The notes below the pieces were generated by a model. It saw nothing but the letters and a program-made list of their open reading frames with translations, did not search any database and was not told the DNA's origin. Shown here one piece after another: positions 49,614 to 59,814 of a stretch of 64,000 nucleotides of DNA. Each line of letters opens with the position of its first letter. Position 1 is the first letter of the stretch. Location of the stretch: the IMG/VR virus record IMGVR_UViG_3300036945_001058; one strand, 5' to 3'. A program made the translations under genes and the position numbers. The DNA comes from a virus.

Positions 49614-50801
49614 ATGAGTGCATCAATTAGTTCTACAATAGCCCTTAATGTTCAAAACAATACTAATTTACCGCAAAATGTAAATTTATTAGGTGGAACT
49701 CAAGATGCTTCAAGTGTTCCTCCGAGTACGCTTTACGAATATGATTTATCAGGGGAAAATTATACTGGAATAGCAAATGCAAATATTATTATCTCTAATA
49801 CAGCAAATCCAACGCCTGTAACATATACTGTTCAAGTTAATGGTGGTAATATTCAATCCTTAGCCATTGCCTTTAACACGCTTAATCAAGGTCTTTTTCA
49901 ATCAAACGGCAATACGCTTTATGTTTCTTCGGATTATTATATTTATTCAAATATAAGTATTTCTGGAAGTTCTGTTTTCGGAACAACTGATTCACAACCA
50001 CAAGCAATAACAATTGATTCAGTAGGTAATATTTACACAGCAAATAGCGGAAGCGATAATATAAGCAAAATAACACCTCTTGGAGTATCGACTATTTTAG
50101 GAACATCTGGTTCACAACCAAGAGGAATAACAATTGATTCAGTAGGTAATATTTATACAGTAAATTCATTTTCGGATGATGTAGTTAAAACAACACCTTT
50201 AGGAGTATCTACTATTCACGGAATAACTGGAAGTAATCCTTTTGGGATTACAATAGATAGTTCAGGAAATATTTACACTTCAAATTACAATTCTAGTGAT
50301 GTAAGTAAAATTACACCTCTTGGAGTATGTACTATTTTAGGAACAACTGGAAGTAATCCTGCTGGGATTACAATTGATTCGTTAGGTAATATTTATACTG
50401 CAAACGCTGGAAGCAATAACGTAAGTAAAATTACACCTCTTGGGGTATCCACTATTTTAGGAACAACTGGAAGTAATCCTTTTGGGATTACAATAGATAG
50501 TTCAGGAAATATTTACACTTCAAATTACAATTCTAGTGATGTAAGTAAAATTACACCTCTTGGAGTATCTACTATTTTAGGAACAACTGGAAGTAATCCT
50601 GCTGGGATTACAATTGATTCGTTAGGTAATATTTATACTGCAAACGCTGGAAGCAATAACGTAAGTAAAATTACACCTCTTGGGGTATCCACTATTTTAG
50701 GAACAACTGGAAGTAATCCTTTTGGGATTACAATTGATTCATCAGGTAATATTTATACAGCAAATAGTGGAAGTGATGATGTTACGGTAATCGTTCAATA
50801 A
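49614..50801 (+). CDS. vertex/spike candidate: beta N-terminal domain plus 7 x 40-aa NHL-type propeller repeats
   Basis: P.GITIDS.GNIYT.N.....VSKITP repeats. Confidence 0.75.
   Translation: MSASISSTIALNVQNNTNLPQNVNLLGGTQDASSVPPSTLYEYDLSGENYTGIANANIIISNTANPTPVTYTVQVNGGNIQSLAIAFNTLNQGLFQSNGNTLYVSSDYYIYSNISISGSSVFGTTDSQPQAITIDSVGNIYTANSGSDNISKITPLGVSTILGTSGSQPRGITIDSVGNIYTVNSFSDDVVKTTPLGVSTIHGITGSNPFGITIDSSGNIYTSNYNSSDVSKITPLGVCTILGTTGSNPAGITIDSLGNIYTANAGSNNVSKITPLGVSTILGTTGSNPFGITIDSSGNIYTSNYNSSDVSKITPLGVSTILGTTGSNPAGITIDSLGNIYTANAGSNNVSKITPLGVSTILGTTGSNPFGITIDSSGNIYTANSGSDDVTVIVQ
49981..50800 (+). repeat. 120-nt tandem units, including a near-perfect 240-nt duplication
   Basis: Units start at 49981, 50101, 50221, 50341, 50461, 50581 and 50701; 50221-50460 matches 50461-50700. 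Confidence 0.9.
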
Positions 50802-50869
50802 ACTATCCATAACTTAAAAGCACAGTTTGTTAATCACAATTAACAAAAAAACAACAAATTACAAAAGAA

Positions 50870-50901
50870 AAAACCCCAAACTTTTTCAAGAATGGGGTTT
50901 T
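50870..50901. terminator. hairpin at the convergence of the two transcription blocks
   Basis: AAAACCCCA...TGGGGTTTT with A/T runs on both sides. Confidence 0.6.
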
Positions 50902-51021
50902 AACTTTTTTAAAACTATATTTAAAAATAGAAGTTAAAAAATAAGTTTTTTTGTCCTTTTAGCGTCCGTCATTGTTTCTTTCAGAAGTAACTTTGATGTT
51001 AGGAGACAAATTTAATTAAAA

Positions 51022-51855
51022 TTAATCAATTGACAAGGAGTTTTCCGATAAATCCGTTAGATTTTGATAAATACTAATTTTTTTTCTGTTATTTTGCTTA
51101 CCGATAATCGTACCTTGAACCACTCTCACGTTATCATTATCATCTAATACTAAATAACCTCCGCCTTCTACATTATCGTCATAAGATACCGCTTTTAACA
51201 ACCTATCGTCTTCTTTTGGTATTAGCTTAGACATTTGTTTTAATACTACTTTTTTTAGCGACCATTTTTCAGGGTCTTTCCTATCGTTAAAGTAATATTC
51301 ACTTGGCGTTTCTAGCATATTCACTATGGTCTTTATTTCTTCAATAGTCATAACTTTAAATACCACTTCGCCTTCTATTTTGGCACAAGCATAAATACAT
51401 TTGATATTGTCACAGGTTTTTTTGGAATTAAAGCTTGGAATGTGAACCATTTTAGGTTCTAAGCCAAGTTCGTACTCAAAATCATCTTCGTTGTAAACTA
51501 TTTCAGCCCAAATCTTCTTAATCTTGTTAGAGCGAAGTAAAAGTGTAACCAAGCCTTTGTATCCTAAAATTGGTTTTACCTCCTCATTCATTACCGTAAA
51601 GTAGAATTCGCCCACTAAACTTGACGGAGATAAATTAAGTTCTGCGCAATACAATGCCGAAGCAAAAAAAGAAGATGGTTTTTTTAAAAAAGCATCTTGC
51701 AATTTTGGAGAACGCTCTAATTCGTTTACTAACATTTGTTTGAATTTTTGAGGCGATGTATTAGTTCCTGAAAGCAAATCTATCAAGTTTTTCTTCTCGT
51801 ATTTTTCTATGGAATTATTAAAGTTGTTAAATACTTTTGTGCTTAATGTACTCAT
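51022..51855 (-). CDS. recT: RecT-family single-strand annealing recombinase
   Basis: SFFASALYCAELNLSP...GEFY...ILGYKGLVTL...VY..D.FEYELG. Confidence 0.8.
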   Translation of the reverse strand: MSTLSTKVFNNFNNSIEKYEKKNLIDLLSGTNTSPQKFKQMLVNELERSPKLQDAFLKKPSSFFASALYCAELNLSPSSLVGEFYFTVMNEEVKPILGYKGLVTLLLRSNKIKKIWAEIVYNEDDFEYELGLEPKMVHIPSFNSKKTCDNIKCIYACAKIEGEVVFKVMTIEEIKTIVNMLETPSEYYFNDRKDPEKWSLKKVVLKQMSKLIPKEDDRLLKAVSYDDNVEGGGYLVLDDNDNVRVVQGTIIGKQNNRKKISIYQNLTDLSENSLSID

Positions 51856-52112
51856 TGTTGTTGTTCTTTTGTTTTTATGTAATGTTTTTTTTTGTTTTCT
51901 AAAAACTCTATCTCCACACTCATTCTTTGAGTTTCGTTTATTATTCTTTGAAAGTCAAGAAAAATAAGTTTTCCTTTTTTGCTTTCTGAATAAGCAAACT
52001 TAACAAGATTATTTTTGTTCTTTTTAATAGAGGACAATTCTTTATTTATGAAATTGATAATTGAATCAATTTCATTTTCATAAAGACCATTTGTGATTTC
52101 AAATTCGTACAT
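51852..52112 (-). CDS. hypothetical protein
   Basis: ORF overlapping the recT start. Confidence 0.55.
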   Translation of the reverse strand: MYEFEITNGLYENEIDSIINFINKELSSIKKNKNNLVKFAYSESKKGKLIFLDFQRIINETQRMSVEIEFLENKKKHYIKTKEQQQ

Positions 52113-52556
52113 TTACCTTTTATAAAGTTTGTGAGCAATATGGTTTAGGTATTCTTTTTCTATTGGTTCGCTTAAAGAAGATTTGCTTAAAATATAATTA
52201 TATGAATTACAAACCAAAAAGCCTTTTTCGGTTCTTGTGATTCTTAAATATTTCAAATTCCAATTTGTTACATTCTTGTTTTTGCTTTTAAGCGACAACA
52301 TTCTCCATTCTCCATCACCACCACTTTCTCTCCAAAACCTTTCAATCAAATCTTTTACTTCTCGTTCTGTATGATAAAATTTAGTTTCAGGATATGTGTC
52401 AATTACTTTGGTGTCTAATTTCGGAATCAACTTGTGATTTTCTTCCATTTCTTTTTTGGTCTGAACGCCACAGTAAAAATCACGAGTATCAATATTGTAT
52501 CTTGCAATATTAATATCTAAAAAGTCTACGTCTTCATAATATTTCCAATCACTCAT
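52113..52556 (-). CDS. hypothetical protein
   Basis: 147 aa ORF. Confidence 0.6.
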   Translation of the reverse strand: MSDWKYYEDVDFLDINIARYNIDTRDFYCGVQTKKEMEENHKLIPKLDTKVIDTYPETKFYHTEREVKDLIERFWRESGGDGEWRMLSLKSKNKNVTNWNLKYLRITRTEKGFLVCNSYNYILSKSSLSEPIEKEYLNHIAHKLYKR

Positions 52557-52849
52557 TTTCTTTTTTTTAAATTTTCTAGTAGCATTTCTGGAGTTTTTTC
52601 TTGTGTAGTCATTTCTGCCACATAGCCAAATTCAACAACTTCATCGTGTCTACTTATATTCCCGTTTGTAACACTTAGTGAAATTATTTCATCACAAGTA
52701 AGACAAGTGTAGCCAGAATTAAAATCTCCCATATAAATGCCCGCCCAATTAATCATAATTGTGTTTTTTGGAAAATTTTTAAGGCAACTAAAACAAAGGT
52801 GCGGTTTATTAGTTTTTACCTGTTTATGCTTGAGAATTGTATATGACAT
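52553..52849 (-). CDS. small zinc-finger protein
   Basis: KPHLCFSC...YTCLTC. Confidence 0.65.
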   Translation of the reverse strand: MSYTILKHKQVKTNKPHLCFSCLKNFPKNTIMINWAGIYMGDFNSGYTCLTCDEIISLSVTNGNISRHDEVVEFGYVAEMTTQEKTPEMLLENLKKRK

Positions 52850-52860
52850 CTTTTAAAAAA

Positions 52861-53454
52861 TTAAAAATTGGTTAATTTGTTGTAGCACTCACGTATGATG
52901 ACAGCGTCATACAAAGCATTGTGTTTTATAGAACTGAAATCATTATACAGAAATTTTGTTCTTAAATCTCTAAAACTCTCTATTTCGCAATATTCTTCTC
53001 TTGAAATATCAGGGTCAACACCTTTTATTTCAAATGCGGTGCATATATCCATTGGAATATAATAGATGTTTTTTGGAATGCTAAATGCGTGACCCCAAAT
53101 CTGATTAAAAAGAACCCAATCATAAGCAAGGCAGTCTGACCACATAACAACTTCTTCAAATTGCGACAACCACTTTTCTAAAAAAGGTTTGATATAATCA
53201 GACGAGCCATAAACGTGAACGTCAGCCCAGCGACTACTAACAACTTCGCCAAATGAGGTGAACGGATTGTTTATAGCAACCCAAGTATTCGGAATTACAT
53301 TTTCATCTAACCAATCATTAAGTTGAGACCTATCGTAATCTGTAAATTCAGCATAGAAAGTTTTTCCGCATTCGGAAATTATGCCTAAAGATATTGGTGT
53401 AGTGGCTTGATGTAGCCCCGAAAATTCAAAGTCAAAAAAAATCTTTGTTTTCAT
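52861..53454 (-). CDS. DEDDh 3'-5' exonuclease
   Basis: IFFDFEFSG...ISLG...FYAE...DW...HNALYDA. Confidence 0.8.
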   Translation of the reverse strand: MKTKIFFDFEFSGLHQATTPISLGIISECGKTFYAEFTDYDRSQLNDWLDENVIPNTWVAINNPFTSFGEVVSSRWADVHVYGSSDYIKPFLEKWLSQFEEVVMWSDCLAYDWVLFNQIWGHAFSIPKNIYYIPMDICTAFEIKGVDPDISREEYCEIESFRDLRTKFLYNDFSSIKHNALYDAVIIRECYNKLTNF

Positions 53455-53495
53455 GTTTTTTTTGTATAAAATGATTATTGTTTTAAATTAAAAAT

Positions 53496-54050
53496 TTAAA
53501 GAATATGTTTAGAAAGCGTTTCCAAATCAACTAATCGTTTTTGAAACATATTAATTCTTTCGTTTTTTTTACTGATTTCCTCTTCAAGTTCTTGTTTTCC
53601 TTCTTCAAGAATTTTAATATAACTTTTACAGTCTCTTAATCCATAATCAATAGCTTCTTCACGAGTTTTGAAAAAAGTGTTTTCATAAATCAAATAACCT
53701 TCAATTGTTGTATTTGGGAAATCGTATTTTTCGCAAAATGTTTCGATTAAAACACCATCATCAACTGTGAAGATTGGAAGCAAAACTTTAAAATCGTCTT
53801 TTAAATCAATCAGTTTTTTAAGCTCTCCGTTTTCTTCGTCAATAATCATTTCTTCTTGGTAGCGTTTTAAATTTTCATTTGTACTCCAACCATCGTTGTA
53901 CACTCCGTTTTTATACTTTTTGATGATTTTACCATCAAAACTAATTACAATAATATCGTGAATATAACCAGAGCCAATGCAAATTACATTATCTCTATTT
54001 TGAACTAGATGCTCAATTTTGTACTTTTCCCTTATCGCTTTAATACCCAT
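53496..54050 (-). CDS. hypothetical protein
   Basis: 184 aa ORF. Confidence 0.6.
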   Translation of the reverse strand: MGIKAIREKYKIEHLVQNRDNVICIGSGYIHDIIVISFDGKIIKKYKNGVYNDGWSTNENLKRYQEEMIIDEENGELKKLIDLKDDFKVLLPIFTVDDGVLIETFCEKYDFPNTTIEGYLIYENTFFKTREEAIDYGLRDCKSYIKILEEGKQELEEEISKKNERINMFQKRLVDLETLSKHIL

Positions 54051-54062
54051 TGAAGTGTTTTT

Positions 54063-54674
54063 TTAAGAATTATGATTTATGTTTTTTTTTGTTTTATACC
54101 ATTTATTATAAATATCATTAACGTCAAAGTTAGTTTTAAAGCAGTTAAATCTACCTAAATCGTTATCAAAACTATCTTTTTCTATTAATTCAGGTGTAAT
54201 TAACATACAGACCAATTGTTCTTTAGTAGGGTAGTTTTTTGTTCTTATAATAGTGGCATAAGTACCATCTTTCTGTACACTATCATCTAACATTTCAATA
54301 TTGCCAAATTCGTATATAACATTGAAAATATAAACGTTATTATAAGGTTCTTTTTTTATTTTAAAACCTTCAAAAAGCGAAGCTCCAGACTTACCTCTTG
54401 ATTCTGTACCGACTATTTTAATCATAGCTTTAACGACTTCCTTTTCAGAAAATTTATCAAAATAACGGTAAATAGTATCAACTAAATAATCTATTTTAAT
54501 AGTTAAATTTTGATGGAAATACTGTTCTTCTACAGTTCTTTCTTTATCAAAATCTTTGCCTACTAATTTTAAAAATCTTATCCTATCTAAAAAATTTAAA
54601 TTTGATAAGTGGATGGTTTGGACTGTTATACCATCATTTTTGCATTTTTGCATAAAATCTTTATCTAATAACAT
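54063..54674 (-). CDS. hypothetical protein
   Basis: 203 aa ORF. Confidence 0.6.
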   Translation of the reverse strand: MLLDKDFMQKCKNDGITVQTIHLSNLNFLDRIRFLKLVGKDFDKERTVEEQYFHQNLTIKIDYLVDTIYRYFDKFSEKEVVKAMIKIVGTESRGKSGASLFEGFKIKKEPYNNVYIFNVIYEFGNIEMLDDSVQKDGTYATIIRTKNYPTKEQLVCMLITPELIEKDSFDNDLGRFNCFKTNFDVNDIYNKWYKTKKNINHNS

Positions 54675-54695
54675 GTCTATTGAAGTGTTTTTTAA

Positions 54696-54714
54696 GTTTA
54701 TTGGTACAAATATA
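54696..54714 (-). promoter_or_regulatory. promoter TATATTTGTACCAATAAAC
   Basis: TAnnTTTG core; identical 19-mer at 61862-61880. Confidence 0.65.
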
Positions 54715-54759
54715 GAGAGTATTTTGGTACTAAAAAAATAAAATGGTACTTATTTTTAA

Positions 54760-55548
54760 TTAATAATAAACTTCTTGTATTGGAGGTATCTCAATTCGGT
54801 AGTTACAACTATCTTTTATTCCACATCCCAAGCATCTTAATAGTTCTGGTTTAGCTCTGAATACAGCATCGACAGGTCTTGCTAACTCTTTTTTCACATA
54901 GCTAATAGCCAAATGGTGTTGTTCTATAGTAGCTTCGTCATTTACCACTTTAATAATCTTTGCATCGTTTGGATTTGTAGAGGAAAATACAAAGAAGTAG
55001 AAGTCAATATCTTCAATAGGAATTCCAAGTTCTAACGACATTAAAATTTTGTATTGGACGGGTTGTAGCATTAAATTATGCTTTTCTGGAAGTGAATCCA
55101 AATCCCAGCCCATTGAGTTATATCTGTCGTAAAGCAGTCCACTATATTTTGTGTCAATTATAGAATGTCTACCATTCCATATAGCGTAAATATCTAAAAT
55201 GCCAGTCATACCGTCTTGGGTGATAACTTTACCAGTTTCTTTGATTTCAATTTCGTAGTGCTGAATTATTTTTTTAAAAAACAAGGCACTGTCTAAAGCT
55301 CTTTGATATTTGTCGTCTAATCTCTGTTTTGGAGTGTTTTTATAAACAACATTAGCGATAGGAATTTGACCATCACGGGGAAGCGAACCAGTTGCCATGA
55401 ACTCGAAGAAGCAACCTAGCTCCATTACTTCTGAAGATGTTCTTGGGTAGTTATTGTCAATGTATTTTGCTTTTACTTGTAATCCGCAAGTTTCTCCTAG
55501 CTTGTACTTATTAAACTCTTTTAGGAATGATTGTGAAATATTAATCAT
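54760..55548 (-). CDS. Cas4-like/RecB-type PD-(D/E)XK exonuclease
   Basis: Likely start is ATG 55548 (ATGA overlap); GILD...IIDTKYS...Q...Y; N-terminal Cys plus CxxCxxxxxC. Confidence 0.7.
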   Translation of the reverse strand: MINISQSFLKEFNKYKLGETCGLQVKAKYIDNNYPRTSSEVMELGCFFEFMATGSLPRDGQIPIANVVYKNTPKQRLDDKYQRALDSALFFKKIIQHYEIEIKETGKVITQDGMTGILDIYAIWNGRHSIIDTKYSGLLYDRYNSMGWDLDSLPEKHNLMLQPVQYKILMSLELGIPIEDIDFYFFVFSSTNPNDAKIIKVVNDEATIEQHHLAISYVKKELARPVDAVFRAKPELLRCLGCGIKDSCNYRIEIPPIQEVYY

Positions 55549-56120
55549 AAATATTTGTTTTCTATGTTGTTGTTTTTTTCGTAATCGCATCTAGCTTGGT
55601 ATGCTTCCTCTTGATTTTTAAAACTACCGATATAAATTAGCTTTCCATTTATCACTATTGTACTTAACCATTTATTCCTGTTTTTACGAAAAGAAACTCC
55701 TATAAAATTACTTGATGATTTCTGATTGGACATTTGGTAGCAAGCGGTTTCTAAAAGATTCGTCCATTCTAAATTATTTGATTTATTATTGTGTTTAATA
55801 AAGTCAATATGAATCACTTTTTCTTTATTGAATAAATTTTTTACAAATGCAGTAGCAACTAATTTATGAACTAGAAAATTTTTACTAATATTTTCAATAT
55901 ACAAGCCTACTACTTGATAACCATCTTTACGCATAGTTGGTTTAAGTATCTTTTCTTTTTTTAAATAATAGCCAATTCCATTAAAAACATCTCTGCTTAA
56001 AGATTTTATTCTACCACAATTACTTACTTGATAATAACCGTCATAACCTTGAATATCTTTCCAAATTTCTCCATCCATATCTTCGAGAGAAAAATTTTGA
56101 TTTGGCAATAATTTATCCAT
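55545..56120 (-). mobile_element. NUMOD4-HNH-AP2 homing endonuclease
   Basis: WKDIQGYDGYYQVSNCGRIKS; H.D..K.NN...NLEW; GVSFRKNRNKW...IYIGSF. Confidence 0.85.
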
Positions 56121-56122
56121 TA

Positions 56123-56295
56123 TTATTGATTATCGATTAAGTCTCTTTCCACGTATTTCACATACTTCATAAAAGTTCTTTTATAAAGTATTTTCCGTTT
56201 TCGGTTCTTCCTGCGCAAATACCGTGATGTCGGTTCATACAGATGCCATATTGTTTCTGACTCACTTCAATTGGGGTGTTGTATTTAAGTTTCAT
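56123..56295 (-). pseudogene. small ORF, apparently frameshifted in a T run
   Basis: MKLKYNTP...KYFIKELL* continues as MKYVKYVERDLIDNQ* in another frame; one extra T would join them. Confidence 0.35.
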
Positions 56296-56297
56296 AA

Positions 56298-57827
56298 TTA
56301 TAAAAGTTTAAGTTGTACGTTTGGTTTCTTTTTTGGTTTTATTTCTTTTTTTGCTTTGGTTTGTTTTTTAGGTTCAAATACTTTGCCTTTTTCGTCAAAA
56401 GGCTTATCTTTCCAATGCTCAAATCTAGTGTTTCCAATATCGATATACTCGGCATTTAACTCACATCCTGAAAAGTCTGTAAAACCAGCTTTGTAGCCTC
56501 CAATCACTTCGCTTTGAACTCCTGCAAACGGATAAACAATTTTCTGCGGGTTTGGAGTTTTGAATAAGGTCAATATTCTAAAAGAAAGGCTAATTGGTTT
56601 TAACGTAGGGTGGTTGTTTTTTGATGGGGCTGTCAGCCCTCCCATAGCTTCTACTGAAGGAGCATCTTCGCTTCTTCCTGTAGCCGATGGATTTCTAAAA
56701 TTTAAAGAACCGCCAATCTTTTGCTCAAAACCTTCACAACCTGCGTTTCTTTCGCTTTTAGACACTTTTGGCGCATAAACATATAAATCCATTTTGCCGT
56801 TTTCATAGTCGCATTTATGAAGTATTTTGGAACAACCACCTATATCTGAATATTCTGGAGTATTGTCGTTTGGCATACCGAATGATTCAGATGTTTTAGT
56901 TCTTGTTCTTAGAGCATCACTTCCTTTTGTAATACCACTCTGCTCATCAAGTCTTTCAGCAGTACCGCTATCGCAAAACGTTTGACTTGGGTAACGACCT
57001 TGTTTGTTTGGCGGAGTAGCAATGTTTAAAGCAAAATCTCCGTATTTCTGATGGTCTTTACCGTTATAATTATCAGTTGGATTTTTGCTTGATTTGGCAT
57101 CTAGCATATCTTTATCGGATTCACTCATAGGAACTCTACCACCGTCAATATTCCAAGCAAAGCAAGCGCAAGTTTCATCTCCGTTTTCGTAAGCTAAAGT
57201 ATCGTGGAGGCACGAACCCGTCTTGTAAGGTTTTTGAAAAACCATAATAGTTTCGCAAGTTTGCTTGAGGGGTGCGATAGAATAGCGCAAACCATCGTAT
57301 TTTTTAGCTAAGTCGTGTGTAGGATAAGTTAGGTCGTATTCAGGCTTAATGTAATTTTCTTTTCTACCTTGATTTTTTCCTCCAAATTCAGGGTTTTGTT
57401 TTCCCATACCTTTTTTTGTGCCAACTACGGTTCTTTCAATTTTAAGATTTTTATCAATATTGTCTGAAAGATTACTCGATTTTGGAAAATTTGAAATAAA
57501 GTACCAGTACATCGATTGGCGTACTTGAAACCCAGCTTTGATAGCATAATACTGAAACATAGGTAGTTGTCGGTCTATACCAAACATAACACAGTAGCCA
57601 CCGTGTTTTAATGTTCTAATACTTTCTTCAAACCATTTTTCCCAATAGTCACCAGTTGGCATTTCCCATTTATTCATAAAGTCGGTAGCCTTTTTGTAAT
57701 CAAGCTTGCCATCAGGACGAATATAAATCTCGCTACCTAAAGCGTAAGGTGGGTCTGAATAATTAATATCAAAAGCAAAATCTTTTTGCTCTTGTAAAAA
57801 CATTAGGCTATCTTTTTCTATTATCAT
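56298..57827 (-). CDS. amino-DNA methyltransferase (N4/N6, beta-type order)
   Basis: N-terminal SDPPY, HPTLKP, and a divergent SAM motif YPFAGVQS...G.ELN.EY near the C-terminus. Confidence 0.8.
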   Translation of the reverse strand: MIIEKDSLMFLQEQKDFAFDINYSDPPYALGSEIYIRPDGKLDYKKATDFMNKWEMPTGDYWEKWFEESIRTLKHGGYCVMFGIDRQLPMFQYYAIKAGFQVRQSMYWYFISNFPKSSNLSDNIDKNLKIERTVVGTKKGMGKQNPEFGGKNQGRKENYIKPEYDLTYPTHDLAKKYDGLRYSIAPLKQTCETIMVFQKPYKTGSCLHDTLAYENGDETCACFAWNIDGGRVPMSESDKDMLDAKSSKNPTDNYNGKDHQKYGDFALNIATPPNKQGRYPSQTFCDSGTAERLDEQSGITKGSDALRTRTKTSESFGMPNDNTPEYSDIGGCSKILHKCDYENGKMDLYVYAPKVSKSERNAGCEGFEQKIGGSLNFRNPSATGRSEDAPSVEAMGGLTAPSKNNHPTLKPISLSFRILTLFKTPNPQKIVYPFAGVQSEVIGGYKAGFTDFSGCELNAEYIDIGNTRFEHWKDKPFDEKGKVFEPKKQTKAKKEIKPKKKPNVQLKLL

Positions 57828-58120
57828 CTTTGTTGTTGTTTCATTTTTTCGATTTTTTCGTATTCTTCTAATTCAAGCCATCCGTCAGAGGTTTTATCCT
57901 TTCCTACCCAGACCCATTCAATATTGTTTCTTGTCTTTGTTGTTATTCCGAATAAAGGTGTTTCAATCCGCACATCGATAAGGTCGGCAGTTTTCATTCT
58001 TACTTTAGATTTTAGGCTCAATCGCACTAACATTTGGTCTGCTGTTCTTTTATCTTCAGCTTCCATAGTCAAAGGTTTATCTAAATTCTTAAAGTAATAT
58101 TTGTAAAATTTAGTGTTCAT
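57824..58120 (-). CDS. hypothetical protein
   Basis: 98 aa ORF. Confidence 0.6.
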   Translation of the reverse strand: MNTKFYKYYFKNLDKPLTMEAEDKRTADQMLVRLSLKSKVRMKTADLIDVRIETPLFGITTKTRNNIEWVWVGKDKTSDGWLELEEYEKIEKMKQQQR

Positions 58121-58261
58121 CCTTTAAAATAAATTATGTAAAAATGATTATTTAAAATTAACAGTGGGTAAAATATATAAATCAAGAAATAAAACAAGTA
58201 TTTTTGTCTTAATAACTTCATTAATCCATAGGGTGTTGTTGTAAAGTTTCTTGGTTTTTTT

Positions 58262-58289
58262 AAAAGGCGGAGTTGTTACCGCCTTTTTT
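58262..58289. terminator. bidirectional-looking terminator hairpin
   Basis: AAAAGGCGG-agttgtta-CCGCCTTTTTT. Confidence 0.7.
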
Positions 58290-58333
58290 ATTTTACAAAT
58301 TTTTGGTTTAAAAACTCACCTTTATAGGTGTTT

Positions 58334-58633
58334 TTATTCATAATCCATTTCTTCAAACTGATTTTCATCCTCAAATAAAAGAACGTCTCCTACAATGTAG
58401 TCGTGAGGATATATAGCTTCGTTTAAGTGCGCTATATTTGTGGCTATCTTGTTTGTCGGGAAATTTTTAATCTTGCCCTCTTCGTCAATTAGAAATAACT
58501 TCCCATCAGGTAATCGTACTATTTCAGCAAGACCATCGTTGTCGAAATTACATACTATTGCTCTTGCTTCAACAAAAGTGTTTGTTTTGATTTTTTTAAT
58601 TGTTCCGTCAGTTTTAAATAAGGTTGCGTTCAT
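58334..58633 (-). CDS. DUF3846-like protein
   Basis: LIDEEGK..N.P.N..AT...IVGDVL. Confidence 0.7.
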   Translation of the reverse strand: MNATLFKTDGTIKKIKTNTFVEARAIVCNFDNDGLAEIVRLPDGKLFLIDEEGKIKNFPTNKIATNIAHLNEAIYPHDYIVGDVLLFEDENQFEEMDYE

Positions 58634-58634
58634 T

Positions 58635-58958
58635 TTAATTTTCTCTAATGTTAACTTTAAACAATGGGATTTTTGGTTTTTTTTTTCTTTTCCCGAACTC
58701 TACACCTCTAAGTTCTGTGTTGTTCTTTTGAATCTTAATTCTAGCTCTACGAATAGTTTCAAATGTGGTTAATTTGGAATTAGATATTTTAGCTAATAAA
58801 TCTAAAGCGGTCATTTTTTGAATTTCCATATTTCCAATTTCGTTAAAGATAAAAGTCGCAATCAAATCATTATCGCTTTCCCTTAATTTCGGAATTTCTT
58901 TAAGCAGAAAAAGAACTTTGTTGTTTACTGTTTTTTGATTTAAAAACGTTGGCTTCAT
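58635..58958 (-). CDS. hypothetical protein
   Basis: LRESD..L...ETIRRAR.KIQ. Confidence 0.6.
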   Translation of the reverse strand: MKPTFLNQKTVNNKVLFLLKEIPKLRESDNDLIATFIFNEIGNMEIQKMTALDLLAKISNSKLTTFETIRRARIKIQKNNTELRGVEFGKRKKKPKIPLFKVNIREN

Positions 58959-59383
58959 AGCATTTTTGTTATTTCAGGGTATTTTTTTTCAAATTCATCA
59001 AACGTATAAAAAGCATTAACAAATGCTTCAACAGCAAAATTAATCTTTTTATTTTTTCTAACCTTTTCTAAAACTTCATTTTCAGTTCCATGAAATAAAT
59101 CTTCAAATTGAATGGGTATATCTTCTCTGTCACAATTGTTATAAATTGTAGTAATTGCAGAAAGCATACTTGCCTCAAAACAAGCAACAACTTCTTTGAT
59201 TTGACCTGTTCTTCTTAAAGACTCTTTAATTAGCACATATATGATTAATTTAGAATCGCAAAATTCATCTAATATCTTAATAGACTCTTCAGCACATTTT
59301 ACACTTCCATTTTCCTTAGAAGCACCAACTAGGAAGTTTTCTAAAATTCTATCTCCGTCTTCTTTACTTATAACTAAATCCAT
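58955..59383 (-). CDS. hypothetical protein
   Basis: 142 aa ORF. Confidence 0.6.
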   Translation of the reverse strand: MDLVISKEDGDRILENFLVGASKENGSVKCAEESIKILDEFCDSKLIIYVLIKESLRRTGQIKEVVACFEASMLSAITTIYNNCDREDIPIQFEDLFHGTENEVLEKVRKNKKINFAVEAFVNAFYTFDEFEKKYPEITKML

Positions 59384-59386
59384 ATT

Positions 59387-59704
59387 TTATTTTTTTACTT
59401 TAAAAGTGAATGGAATATTAGTGGTGTTTTTATTGACATCTAATAAAATACCGTAAATGTTACGCATTTTTGCACGGTCAATTGTTTGACCTTGTATTTT
59501 TCTTACAGGCTCTCCGTTAAAGTACCAAAAATAATTTCCGTCAATTATAACACCAAATTTATAACAGTTCCCTGACGATAATTTTTGTCTATTACCACTA
59601 ACATCATTAAGCATGTTGATTTTGACACCCAACTCTACAAAGGTTGTAATTTTATATTTTTTTTTAAGTTCTTGATTTGAAAACGGCGTTGTTTCTAATT
59701 GCAT
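59387..59704 (-). CDS. hypothetical protein
   Basis: Likely start is ATG 59704 (MQLETT), downstream of the promoter at 59738. Confidence 0.55.
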   Translation of the reverse strand: MQLETTPFSNQELKKKYKITTFVELGVKINMLNDVSGNRQKLSSGNCYKFGVIIDGNYFWYFNGEPVRKIQGQTIDRAKMRNIYGILLDVNKNTTNIPFTFKVKK

Positions 59705-59737
59705 AGTCTTTTTTTTATAATTATATTTTTTATTATA

Positions 59738-59745
59738 CAAATATA
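59738..59745 (-). promoter_or_regulatory. -7 promoter element TATATTTG
   Basis: CAAATATA on the + strand, intergenic. Confidence 0.55.
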
Positions 59746-59814
59746 AGTATAAAATTAATATATAAAATAAAAATACATAAATAAATTAAAAATTATTATA
59801 AATAATAATAAAGT

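Noticed and set aside
49981-50800. CRISPR array
   Set aside because: The repeats are contiguous in-frame coding units without unique spacers. The same applies to the 41.6-43.6 kb repeats.
54760-55548. CRISPR-Cas locus around the Cas4-like nuclease
   Set aside because: No cas1/cas2 or array; the context with RecT fits a phage recombination exonuclease.
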